Source: an uncultured Oscillospiraceae bacterium (GTDB lineage Bacteria; Bacillota; Clostridia; Oscillospirales; Oscillospiraceae). From it: a stretch of 64,000 nt of DNA. A program made the translations under genes and the position numbers. The stretch lies in NCBI GenBank assembly GCA_944385695.1, contig CALWYG010000051.1:17996-81995 (forward strand), in the 5' to 3' direction. Shown here in pieces: positions 38,608 through 47,721 of this stretch; the stretch's first letter is position 1, and each line of letters begins with the position of its first letter. The notes beneath the pieces are model-generated. The model saw only the letters and a list, made by a program, of their open reading frames with translations, ran no database searches and was not told where the DNA came from.

Positions 38608-40206
38608 ATGAAACACGAAACCAACAACAAGCCGATCCGATGGAATGTATTTATTCCATGTTTTGCGGTAATCGGCGGGTCGGCCATTCTGGGTATTGTC
38701 AACAACGAGTGGCTGACGGCTGTGGCCAACGGTGTCTTCAGCTGGTCCCTGAGTACCTTTGGCTGGCTTTATCAGATCGTGGCCATGGTTACCCTGTTCC
38801 TGGCTGCCATGCTCGCCTTTACCAAGGTGGGCAAGATCCGGTTTGGCGGACCGGAAGCAAAGGCCAAGTATTCCTTCGGTTCCTGGTTTGCCATGACCCT
38901 GACGGGCGGCATTGCCACGGGCCTCATTACCTACGGCGTCAATGAAGTGCTCATCTATTACGGCAATATCTATGGTGAGCTGGATGCCCTGGGCATTGAA
39001 CCCCTGACCCAGGAAGCCTCTTGGTTTGCCATCGGGCGGTGCTTCTATAACTGGACCTTCATTCCTTATGCCATGTATGCGCTGTCCGGGGTGCTCATTG
39101 CCTATATGTACTTTAACCGGAAGAAAGAGCTGTCCGTCTCTGCCTCCCTGATCCCCCTCTTCGGAGAGCGGGTGACCAAGGGAATCTGGGTGGTGCTCAT
39201 CGATGTGCTGTCTGTGCTGGCCATTGCCCTGGGCCTGGCCGCTTCTCTGGGCGCCGGACTTGCTCTGATCGGCACCGGCCTCCATGCAGCCTATGGGGTG
39301 GACCAGGGCCCCATGGTTTGGATCATTTTGACCGCTATTATTACCGTTACCTTCACCGTGGCATCTGTGACTGGCATTGACAAGGGCATCAAGTGGCTGG
39401 CCGGTCTGACCAGCAAAATTTTCTATGTGCTGCTTATCGTGCTCTTTGTCATTGGCCCCACCATCTATATTCTGAATATGTCCAACGTAGGCCTGGGTTA
39501 CTGGCTGGACCGGTTCTGGACCTGGGGATTTGACCCCTACACCGTGGGCGGCTCCGCCCTGGTAACCTGGTGGACCATGTACGACTGGGCCATCTGGATC
39601 GCTTACGCTCCCCTGATGGGCATCTTCTTTGCCATGATCGCCTATGGCCGTACCATCCGCCAGTTCCTGATTGTCAACTGGATTCTGCCCGCCTCCTTCG
39701 GCTATGTGTGGTTTGCTGTGTGGGGCAGCACCGCGCTCTACTGGCAGGACAGCGGCAAAGCCGATATTATCTCTGCCATTCAGGAAGGCGGAGCCGTGGC
39801 CGGTATTTGGGAGTTCTTGAAGCATGTGCCTCTGGGTGTGATCATCATCCCGGTCATCATCGTGGCCCTCATTGCAGCCTTCTCCACCACTGCGGACACC
39901 ATGTCCACCACCATTGCTGCCCTGTGCACCAAGGGGGCCCGGCATGATGAGGAGCCCGCTGTGTGGCAGAAGATCGTCTGGGGCGTGTCCATCGGAGCCA
40001 TCGCCTGCATTATGGTGGCCTTCGGCGGCGGCGCCCAGGGCGTGGACGGCGTGAAGTATCTGGCGGCTTGCGGCGGCTTTGTGGTGCTGGTGGTGTTTAT
40101 CCTCCAGGTAGCCGCTGCATTTAAGGTATTTTTCTTTGATCCCGAGACCAAGAAGGATATGGTAGACAGCGTGGATCAGGTGGAGCAGGCCCCCGGGCAG
40201 GAGTAA
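38608..40206 (+). CDS. BCCT family transporter with atypical binding-site motif
   Basis: GKIRFGG..AK..YS..SWFAM, GIDKGIKWL, WT..W..W.AP..G.F.A.I..GRTIRQF. Confidence 0.88.
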   Translation: MKHETNNKPIRWNVFIPCFAVIGGSAILGIVNNEWLTAVANGVFSWSLSTFGWLYQIVAMVTLFLAAMLAFTKVGKIRFGGPEAKAKYSFGSWFAMTLTGGIATGLITYGVNEVLIYYGNIYGELDALGIEPLTQEASWFAIGRCFYNWTFIPYAMYALSGVLIAYMYFNRKKELSVSASLIPLFGERVTKGIWVVLIDVLSVLAIALGLAASLGAGLALIGTGLHAAYGVDQGPMVWIILTAIITVTFTVASVTGIDKGIKWLAGLTSKIFYVLLIVLFVIGPTIYILNMSNVGLGYWLDRFWTWGFDPYTVGGSALVTWWTMYDWAIWIAYAPLMGIFFAMIAYGRTIRQFLIVNWILPASFGYVWFAVWGSTALYWQDSGKADIISAIQEGGAVAGIWEFLKHVPLGVIIIPVIIVALIAAFSTTADTMSTTIAALCTKGARHDEEPAVWQKIVWGVSIGAIACIMVAFGGGAQGVDGVKYLAACGGFVVLVVFILQVAAAFKVFFFDPETKKDMVDSVDQVEQAPGQE

Positions 40207-40259
40207 GAGGAAGCCGACCCAGGTTGGGTGCTGGGAAGTATAACAGAGGAGGATTTGCA

Positions 40260-41801
40260 GTGAATCAGTGCAAGGAGATAAAAGTTGTGGAGCTGGGGGG
40301 GACGGTTGGCCTGCGGGAGCTGGTGGCTGTGGCCCGCTATGGAGCCCGTGTGGAGTTTTCCCAGGACTATCGGGAGCGAGTGAACCGTTCCCGGAAGCTG
40401 GTGGAGGAGTGGATCGACCAGGAGCGGGTGATGTACGGGGTGACCACCGGCGTTGGAGCCCTTTGTACGAAGGCCATCAGCAAGGAGGAGACCGCTCGGT
40501 TGCAGCGCAACATCGTCCTGTCTCACTCCACCTCTGTGGGCGAGCCCTTTACCGTAGAACAGACCCGGGCCACCATGTTTCTGATGCTCCAGAACATCGG
40601 TCAGGGCTATAGCGGCGTGCGTCTGGCAGTGCTGGAGAAGCTGCGGGAGCTGCTGAACAATGGCGTGACACCCTGGGCGCCCCGGGAGGGATCGGTGGGC
40701 TATCTGAGTCCTGAGGCCCATATGGCCCTGGTCCTGCTGGGGGAGGGGAAGGCCTGGTATCAGGACGAGCTTCTGCCCGGCACCCAGGCGCTGGCCCGGG
40801 CCGGAATTGCCCCCATGGAGCTGGGGGCCAAGGAGGGTCTGGCTCTGGTGTCGGGCACCACCTCGGTGACCGCTCTGGGCGGACTGGCCCTGTGGGATAT
40901 GCTCAACGCCGCCAAGGCCGCCGATGTGATTGCCGCCATTACCCTGGAAGCCTCTAAAGGAATTATCCGGGCCTTTGATGAGCGGGTCATGGCCGTGCGC
41001 CCCCACCCCCATCAGGCGGGGGTGGCCGACAATGTGCGCAAGGTGCTCCAGGGCTCTGAGATCATCGAGCATTACAAGAACACCCGCGTCCAGGATGCCC
41101 TGTCTCTCCGGTGCGTCCCCCAGCTCCACGGTGCAGCTAAGAAGACACTTCAGGATGCCTTGACCACTGTGGAGATCGAGCTCAACTCCTGCTGCGACAA
41201 CCCCATCATCTGGAGCGACGGCACGCAGGCCGACGTAATCTCCGCCTGCAACGCCGATTCCTCCTATGTGGGCATGGAGATGGACTCCTGCTGTATCGCC
41301 GCCACCACCCTGGCCAAGATGTCCGAGCGGCGCAATAACCGCCTCATTGATGAGAGCCTGTCCGGCTACCCCTGGTTCCTCATCAAAAACCCCGGCCTCA
41401 ACTCCGGGCTGATGATCCCCCAGTACACCCAGGCCGGTCTCCTCAATGATATGCGGATCCTCTCCACTCCCGCAACCATCGACAACACCCCTACCTGTGG
41501 AAATCAGGAGGACTATGTGGCCATGGGCTACAACGCCTCTAAGAAGGCTATAACCGTGGTGGAAAAGCTGGAGTACATTCTGGCCATCGAGCTGCTGTCT
41601 GCCTTCCAGGCTCAGCCCTTCCTGGATCCTGAGCGGAAGAGAGGAGCGGGCTCTGAGCGTGTGCTGGAGGAAATTGGCAAGCATGTGCCGGTGATGGAGG
41701 AGGATATGTTCCTCTATCCCCATATCGAGTATCTGCGGGAGCTGATTCACTCCGGCCGTCTGGCGGAGCTGACCGAAGAAGTGGTAGGTGAGCTGGCGTG
41801 A
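40260..41801 (+). CDS. HAL/PAL/TAL-fold lyase lacking the MIO-forming Ala-Ser-Gly tripeptide
   Basis: YGVTTG.G, LSHS, GYSGVR, KEGLAL, QD..SLRC.PQ.HG, DNP, NSGLMIPQY, NQED; GSVGYL where HAL has GSVGASGDL; GTG start after GGAGG. Confidence 0.88.
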   Translation: MNQCKEIKVVELGGTVGLRELVAVARYGARVEFSQDYRERVNRSRKLVEEWIDQERVMYGVTTGVGALCTKAISKEETARLQRNIVLSHSTSVGEPFTVEQTRATMFLMLQNIGQGYSGVRLAVLEKLRELLNNGVTPWAPREGSVGYLSPEAHMALVLLGEGKAWYQDELLPGTQALARAGIAPMELGAKEGLALVSGTTSVTALGGLALWDMLNAAKAADVIAAITLEASKGIIRAFDERVMAVRPHPHQAGVADNVRKVLQGSEIIEHYKNTRVQDALSLRCVPQLHGAAKKTLQDALTTVEIELNSCCDNPIIWSDGTQADVISACNADSSYVGMEMDSCCIAATTLAKMSERRNNRLIDESLSGYPWFLIKNPGLNSGLMIPQYTQAGLLNDMRILSTPATIDNTPTCGNQEDYVAMGYNASKKAITVVEKLEYILAIELLSAFQAQPFLDPERKRGAGSERVLEEIGKHVPVMEEDMFLYPHIEYLRELIHSGRLAELTEEVVGELA

Positions 41802-42052
41802 AAAAAGAAGCCAAACGGGTGGAAATGGATCTGGTTAAGATCTTTTTGACCCCGCCCAACACCAGAGGAGAGCGCATTACCCTGATCCTTATGCTGGTGG
41901 TCACCTTTGTGATGTTCTTCGGTCCCCTGTGCTTTACCGATATCCATCCAGTTCGGGCCATTCTGCTGGCCTGTCTGCCCGCGCTGTCCATCTCCTGGGG
42001 ATGGATGGTGCTGCTGCGGTCGCTGTTTCGCAAGAGTGAATTCTGCAAATAA
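41798..42052 (+). CDS. Small 2-TM membrane protein coupled to the lyase
   Basis: GTGA overlap with lyase stop; two hydrophobic helices; followed by terminator. Confidence 0.6.
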   Translation: MKKEAKRVEMDLVKIFLTPPNTRGERITLILMLVVTFVMFFGPLCFTDIHPVRAILLACLPALSISWGWMVLLRSLFRKSEFCK

Positions 42053-42058
42053 GTCCAA

Positions 42059-42095
42059 AAACAATCGGGAGCGGTGAATCCGCTCCCGATTGTTT
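42059..42095. terminator. Bidirectional terminator
   Basis: aaacaatcgggagcgg-tgaat-ccgctcccgattgttt. Confidence 0.8.
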
Positions 42096-42119
42096 GATTA
42101 TGGTGCCGAGAAAGAGAAA

Positions 42120-42239
42120 TCAGGCCGTAAGGGCCAGCTCTTCCCGGGCTTCCCGTTCGTTGTCGGCGGAGAAGCAGAACCGCCCTGCCCAGTCGTATAC
42201 CTCAACATGTCCTCTGACCCAAATCATGGTGTAATCCAT
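42120..42239 (-). CDS. Unannotated 39-aa small protein MDYTMIWVRGHVEVYDWAGRFCFSADNEREAREELALTA
   Basis: AAGGAG RBS at 42250-42255, TATGAT -10 at 42306-42311, terminator downstream. Confidence 0.65.
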   Translation of the reverse strand: MDYTMIWVRGHVEVYDWAGRFCFSADNEREAREELALTA

Positions 42240-42349
42240 TGCGTTTCCGCTCCTTTCCGCTCTTATATGGTCTGTGATGTATTGGTGATCGTTTCTTATG
42301 GCCTTATCATACCGGAAGAGTAGTCCGATAAACCGGACTTTTAGTAACT

Positions 42350-42392
42350 CAACCTACGGTTGGTTGCCAAAATGCGCCAAACACGGTACACT
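42350..42392 (+). promoter_or_regulatory. Promoter and palindromic operator of the XRE gene
   Basis: caacc-tac-ggttg (42350-42362) immediately before TTGCCA-17-TACACT. Confidence 0.55.
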
Positions 42393-42413
42393 GGATGAGA
42401 AAGGAGGGGGGAT

Positions 42414-43337
42414 ATGGATTATCAGAAAACGGGAACACTGATTGCCAGGCGGCGCAGGGAGAAGGGGCTGACCCAAAAGGAACTGGGACAGCGGCTCCAT
42501 GTATCGGACCGGGCGGTAAGCAAATGGGAGCGGGGACTGAATTTTCCCGATGCCGCCCTGTTCGAGCCGCTGTGCCAAGAGCTGGACCTTACCGTTACAG
42601 AACTTCTGCGGGGAGAGCAGGAAGAACCTACTCCTGTCCAATTGGAACAGACTGTGGCCGACGCCGTAGCACTGGCCCGGGTGAAAGAGCGCCGGGCCAG
42701 ACAGAACAAACAGACCGCGCTGGGCTTGCTGGGGGTGGTCCTATGTTTGGGATGGCTGGTGTTGGCCCCCATGTGGCCGGCGCTGCTGTGGGGAGCTGGC
42801 CCCCGCTTTTCCAACTTTGTGGCCCGACTGACGAACCCTCAGACTCCGGTGCTGCCGGTGGTGGAGCTCTACTATTCGGATACGAGAGAAGATTCCAATT
42901 ATACCGCCCAGACCCATGTGGAATTATGTCCCGGAGGAAGCCGGGGAGCATTCTTCTTTGCCGGAGACGGAGCCCTGCGGGAAGAGGACAACCCCTTGCT
43001 GGTGACTGCCCCGGCGGTGAGCCGGGAGCATGAGGGCCTATATGTATTGCACCTGACCGATGAGCGGGAGGTTATCTTCTGCCTGGAGGGGAAGGGAATG
43101 GAACGGGGAAATTATGAGATACAGGTCTATCGCTTTTATAAAGACCAAATCGGAAAGGCGGACACGACGCTGAAGGATGGGTGGCCGGTTCCTATGAGCG
43201 ACAGCGCTCTCCCAGCGGAACAATGTGCGGACGCAAAGAAAATCCAAGTTACTCCGGATTACTACTATACGGTCGTGCTCTCGTGGGGAGAGGGGAATTT
43301 TGCGGAGTTTCCCTTTCTCACAGGGCTCTATGAATAG
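42414..43337 (+). CDS. Membrane-anchored XRE-family HTH regulator with extracytoplasmic C-terminal domain
   Basis: LTQKELGQRLHVSDRAVSKWERG HTH, single TM helix, C-terminal domain. Confidence 0.85.
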   Translation: MDYQKTGTLIARRRREKGLTQKELGQRLHVSDRAVSKWERGLNFPDAALFEPLCQELDLTVTELLRGEQEEPTPVQLEQTVADAVALARVKERRARQNKQTALGLLGVVLCLGWLVLAPMWPALLWGAGPRFSNFVARLTNPQTPVLPVVELYYSDTREDSNYTAQTHVELCPGGSRGAFFFAGDGALREEDNPLLVTAPAVSREHEGLYVLHLTDEREVIFCLEGKGMERGNYEIQVYRFYKDQIGKADTTLKDGWPVPMSDSALPAEQCADAKKIQVTPDYYYTVVLSWGEGNFAEFPFLTGLYE

Positions 43338-43349
43338 GAGGAAAAAGCC

Positions 43350-43511
43350 ATGGAACCAATTTTTTACACGGTCCTGTCCATCAACGGTGATTACGCCCAG
43401 CTCATAGGCGACCACGGTCAGGAACACTCCATTACCATGTTCCTGCTTCCCGAGGGGACCACGGTGGGCAGCCGCCTGAAGCTGGAGAACTTTCAGTGGG
43501 AACTGCTATAA
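43350..43511 (+). CDS. Unannotated 53-aa small protein (possibly DUF3006-like)
   Basis: GGAGG RBS; MEPIFYTVLSINGDYAQL...LLPEGTTVGSRL; followed by terminator. Confidence 0.7.
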   Translation: MEPIFYTVLSINGDYAQLIGDHGQEHSITMFLLPEGTTVGSRLKLENFQWELL

Positions 43512-43547
43512 AAAAATCCCTGTGCCAGCGGCACAGGGATTTTTTTA
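43510..43547. terminator. Bidirectional terminator
   Basis: aaaaaaatccctgtgcc-agc-ggcacagggattttttt. Confidence 0.85.
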
Positions 43548-43556
43548 TGTGAGAAC

Positions 43557-44897
43557 TTACTTGTTGGTGCGGCGCCAGATGTGCATCTTCTCCGCGTCCT
43601 GGATGAGCTGCTCCCGGAAGTCGGGGTGGGCAATGGAGATAATGGCCTCGGCACGCTCCCAGGTAGACAGACCCTTCAGGTTGATCATGCCGTATTCGGT
43701 GACGATATAGTGTACACAGGAGCGGGGGTCGGTGCAGATGGAGCCGGGAGTCAGGGTGGGGACAATGCGGCTCTTTACGCTGCCGTCCTTGCCGGTGACG
43801 GTGGAGGACATGCAGATAAAGCTCTTGCCGCCGTTGGAGAGGTAGGCACCCATGGCAAAGTCCAGCTGGCCGCCGGTGCCGGAGATGTGCTTGATGCCGG
43901 CAGACTCCGCATTCACCTGGCCGAACAGGTCCATGTCAATGGCGTTGTTGATGGAGATAAAGTTGTCGATTTGACCGATGACCCGCACATCGTTGGTGTA
44001 GTCCACAGGGGCGGCCATCACGTCGGGGTTGCGGTTCACGTAGTCGTAGAGCTTCTGGGTGCCGGCGGCAAAGGCAAAGACCTGGCGGCCGCGGTCCAGG
44101 GCCTTATGCCGGCCGGTGATCTTGCCGGCGGCAGCCATATCCACAAAGCCGTCCACATACATCTCGGTGTGGACAGACAGATCCTTAAGATCGGACTGGG
44201 CGATCATGGCGCCGATGGTGTTGGGCATGCCGCCGATGCCCAGCTGCAGGCAGGCGCCGTTGGGGATCTCAGGCACCACCAGGTTGGCCACGGCACGGTC
44301 CACATCGGTGGGCTCACCGCCGCCGCCCAGCTGGGCCACGGGGGGATTGTCGCCCTACACTACATAGGCCACGTCCTTGATGTTGATCTCGGTGCCGGTA
44401 AGGCCATAGACCCAGGGCATGTTCTGGTTGACTTCCACGATGATGCACTTGGCCCGGCTCATCAGGTCGGCCAGGTGGGAAGCGGCCAGACCGAAGTTAA
44501 AGTTGCCGTGGGCATCCATGGGAGTGGTCTGGAGCATGACCACATCTACAGGGGCCAGGTTCTCCCGGTAGAACCGGGGCAGCTCGGAGTAGCGCATGGG
44601 GCCGAAATAGCCCATGCCCTTGGAGATGATCTTGCGGTCAATGCCGCTGCAGTGCCAGGAATGCCAGGTGAAGTGATCGCCGGCATCCTCGGCCTTGGCG
44701 ATCTCGGGCATCCACATGGTAACGCCGCCGCGAATCTTCACGTCAGTGAGCTCGTCCTTCCGTTTGGCCAGCGCCTTGTCCAGGGCAATGGGGTGGTTGG
44801 TGCACCAGGTGTAATCCACCCAGTCTCCGGACTTCACTACCTTAACCGCCTCTTCCGGGGTGGTCAGTTTCTGCTGATAGAGGGCCTGATAATCCAT
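43557..44897 (-). pseudogene. but: Butyryl-CoA:acetate CoA-transferase interrupted by one in-frame TAG at 44355-44357
   Basis: Two ORF halves in the same frame: ...[15 protein letters not shown]...; motifs [29 protein letters not shown]. Confidence 0.8.
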
Positions 44898-44941
44898 TTT
44901 TTTCTCCTCCGAATCGTAAAAATATAAAATCGTAACAAAAC

Positions 44942-46894
44942 TCAGCGTCCCAGGTCCAGATAGTAGGGCTTCATCAGACTGGGCTGCTCCGTAGAGTCCT
45001 TGGTCTGAGATCTCCTGGGTTCCAGGGGCATGCCCCGGGGACGGTCGTGCCGGGGGCGCTTTGTGCCTGCCTGCTTTTTCGGCTGGGGGGCGGGAGCGGG
45101 GCGCTCACTTTTTTGAGCCGGGACGGACCGGGCGGGCTTGGCTGCCTTTTTCTTGCTCTGGTGTCCCTTTCGCTCCTGATCCTTGGCCGGGAGCTGCTCC
45201 AGCTGGAGCTGGGGAAGCTTTGAGGGGGCGGCGGTGTGCTTCTTCTTATTCCGGCCTTTGCCCTGGCCCTCGGTATGGGGCTGACTCTGGGGAGCGGGGC
45301 GGGAAGGGGAAGCAGCAGGCCGTCTGGGGGCCAAAAGCCGGGCGGTGGCGTCCATAATGATGTCGCTGTCCAGTGGATTGGGCCGGTGAAACTCCGTGCG
45401 GGGCATGGCGTCTCCGGTGTCCATCAAGGTGCCGGAACGGACACCCCGCTTGGGGGGCGTGGAGCGCTGGACGGGAGCGGTGGGCTCCAGAGGTTTGGCG
45501 GACGGAACAGGAGCGGAAGGAGCGGGGACCTGCTGAGGGGGGGTATGCTTCTTCCTGCGTCGGCGGGATTTTTTAGCCCCCACTTCCGCTGTGGAAAGTA
45601 CATCTTCTGGGGTGGGGTAGGAGAGTTCCCGGGTAGCTTCGACCTTCTTAGGAGCCTGGGCGGCCTGCTGGCGCTGCTGGCGCAGCTGCCGGGCCGCCTG
45701 GCGGGCCTCGGCGTCCTCCTCGTTGATGATCTTGCCGCTCTTGTCCCGCTTGGGGGCCTCAAAGTTTGTCATGGGATAGGGGTGGTCGGCCACCTGAGCA
45801 ATGGGCTTGCCCAGGAGCTTTTCAATGTCCCGGAGCAGAGGCTTTTCCCCAAAATCGCAAAAGGCGATGGCTTCACCGCCTTTTCCGGCCCGGCCGGTAC
45901 GGCCAATGCGGTGCACATAGGTCTCGGGGACCTCGGGCAGGTTGTAGTTAAACACATGGGACAGCGACTCGATGTCCAGTCCCCGGGCGGCGATGTCGGT
46001 AGCCACCAGGCAGCGGATGCGCCCGGCCTTAAAGTCGGACAAGGCCTGCTGCCGGGCGGTCTGGCTCTTGTTGCCGTGGATGGCCGCGGCGGAGATACCC
46101 AGCTTGCCCAAGTCACGGGCGACCTTGTTGGCTCCGTGTTTGGTGCGGGTAAAGACTAGGGCGTTTTTCACGTTCTTGGTCTCCATGAGATAGGCCAAGA
46201 GGTTTGTCTTGTTTCCCTTATCCACCAGGTAAACCGACTGGCGGATGGCCTCCACCGGGGAGGAAATGGGGTTTACGGCCACCTTGGCCGGGTTATGAAG
46301 CAGGGAATTGACCAGCTCGGTGATCTCCGGGGGCATGGTGGCAGAGAAGAAAAGCGTTTGCTTCTGGGCGGGCAGCCACTTGAGAATTTTCTTCACATCG
46401 TGGATAAAGCCCATGTCCAGCATACGGTCGGCCTCATCCAAAACAAAAATTTCCAAATTTTCCAGATGAACAAAGCCCTGCTGATACAGGTCCATGAGCC
46501 GTCCGGGAGTGGCGATGAGAATGTCCACGCCCTTTTTCAGAGCTTCTACCTGGGGATTTTGGCCCACACCGCCGAAAATGACCGCGTGGCGCAGCTTCAG
46601 GTATTTGCCATAAGCCTCAAAGCTCTCGCCGATCTGAATGGCCAGCTCCCGGGTGGGGGTGAGAATCAGGGCCCGAATATCCCGGGACTTCTGGGGGGCG
46701 GCATCCAGCCGCTGAAGAATGGGGGTGGCAAAGGCACAGGTTTTTCCGGTGCCGGTCTGGGCACAGCCCAGTACATCCCGCCCGATGAGGGCGGGGGGAA
46801 TAGCTTTCTCCTGGATCGGAGAGGGCTTGGCGTAGCCCTGCTCCTCCAAAGCACGCAGAATGGGGGCCTTCAGCCCCAAATCACGAAATGTCAT
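44942..46894 (-). CDS. DEAD-box RNA helicase (RhlE-like) with long basic disordered tail
   Basis: [34 protein letters not shown]. Confidence 0.93.
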   Translation of the reverse strand: MTFRDLGLKAPILRALEEQGYAKPSPIQEKAIPPALIGRDVLGCAQTGTGKTCAFATPILQRLDAAPQKSRDIRALILTPTRELAIQIGESFEAYGKYLKLRHAVIFGGVGQNPQVEALKKGVDILIATPGRLMDLYQQGFVHLENLEIFVLDEADRMLDMGFIHDVKKILKWLPAQKQTLFFSATMPPEITELVNSLLHNPAKVAVNPISSPVEAIRQSVYLVDKGNKTNLLAYLMETKNVKNALVFTRTKHGANKVARDLGKLGISAAAIHGNKSQTARQQALSDFKAGRIRCLVATDIAARGLDIESLSHVFNYNLPEVPETYVHRIGRTGRAGKGGEAIAFCDFGEKPLLRDIEKLLGKPIAQVADHPYPMTNFEAPKRDKSGKIINEEDAEARQAARQLRQQRQQAAQAPKKVEATRELSYPTPEDVLSTAEVGAKKSRRRRKKHTPPQQVPAPSAPVPSAKPLEPTAPVQRSTPPKRGVRSGTLMDTGDAMPRTEFHRPNPLDSDIIMDATARLLAPRRPAASPSRPAPQSQPHTEGQGKGRNKKKHTAAPSKLPQLQLEQLPAKDQERKGHQSKKKAAKPARSVPAQKSERPAPAPQPKKQAGTKRPRHDRPRGMPLEPRRSQTKDSTEQPSLMKPYYLDLGR

Positions 46895-47015
46895 GCATTA
46901 CTTCCTTTTCTCATTCAGCCGGGCCTGTACCCAGCCGGCCCGCTTTTCCCTGCGGGCTGGGGTTAAACTGGGCCGATAAGTCGGCGCCCTGGCTCGATGC
47001 TGGGTGTGGAGCCTT

Positions 47016-47543
47016 TCAGGGGAGCAATCCCTTCTGCCGCAGCTGCTCCAAAACGGTCTGGGCAGTCTGCGCCAGGCTCTGTCCGGCGGGGCAGTCCACG
47101 ATGATATCGGCATATTTGTCATAAAGGGGGGCACGTATGGCCATCACGTCGGCAAGGGTCTGGCCGGGCTCCATGGCAATGCCACGGGTGGACAAATTTT
47201 GAATCCGGCGCTGAAGCTCCTCCAGTTCCACCCGCAGGTAAACCACCGGCCCCAGCTCTTTCAGATGGAAGGCTGCCCGTTCCCGGCACACAGCGCTGCC
47301 GCCGGGGGCGATCACGTGCTCGTCGCACTGAAGGCCCAGTACAGCCTGCTCCTCGGCATCCAGAAAGGCCGCCACCCCCCGGCGGTCAAGGATCTCTTGA
47401 AGCAGAGCATCCTGCTGCTGCTGAATCAGCAGATCCACGTCCAAAAAGCCATAGCCCAGGAACTTGGCCAGCAGAACGCCGACCGTACTTTTGCCAGAAC
47501 CCGGCATTCCAATTAGTGTAACATTGCCCACGAAATACTCCAA
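47016..47543 (-). CDS. aroK: Shikimate kinase
   Basis: LIGMPGSGKSTVG, IAPGGS, RAPLY; start codon uncertain. Confidence 0.8.
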   Translation of the reverse strand: MEYFVGNVTLIGMPGSGKSTVGVLLAKFLGYGFLDVDLLIQQQQDALLQEILDRRGVAAFLDAEEQAVLGLQCDEHVIAPGGSAVCRERAAFHLKELGPVVYLRVELEELQRRIQNLSTRGIAMEPGQTLADVMAIRAPLYDKYADIIVDCPAGQSLAQTAQTVLEQLRQKGLLP

Positions 47544-47721
47544 CCTTTACATACAAACTCAAATTATTATATCACACCAAGCGTGGAAAAGAAAGGGGGA
47601 AGGGGAGGAAAGAACGGCGGGATCTATGGGGCTTTTGCAGAAATCCATGGTAAGAAACGAACCGGAGCGGATGACAAACGGCACAGTGAGTGTTACAATG
47701 GGGCCGGAGAGGATGGGACAA

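Noticed and set aside
40260-41801. Annotation as canonical histidine ammonia-lyase hutH
   Set aside because: The MIO-forming Ala-Ser-Gly is absent and no hutU, hutI or hutG is adjacent.
44355-44357. Amber recoding (pyrrolysine or stop reassignment) as the explanation of the TAG in but
   Set aside because: The expected residue is Glu, one substitution away; TAG acts as a normal stop at 43335-43337; no pyl genes are in the window.
44942-45700. Novel domain in the DEAD-box helicase tail
   Set aside because: Low-complexity Pro/Lys/Arg-rich disordered tails are usual for RhlE/CshA-type helicases.
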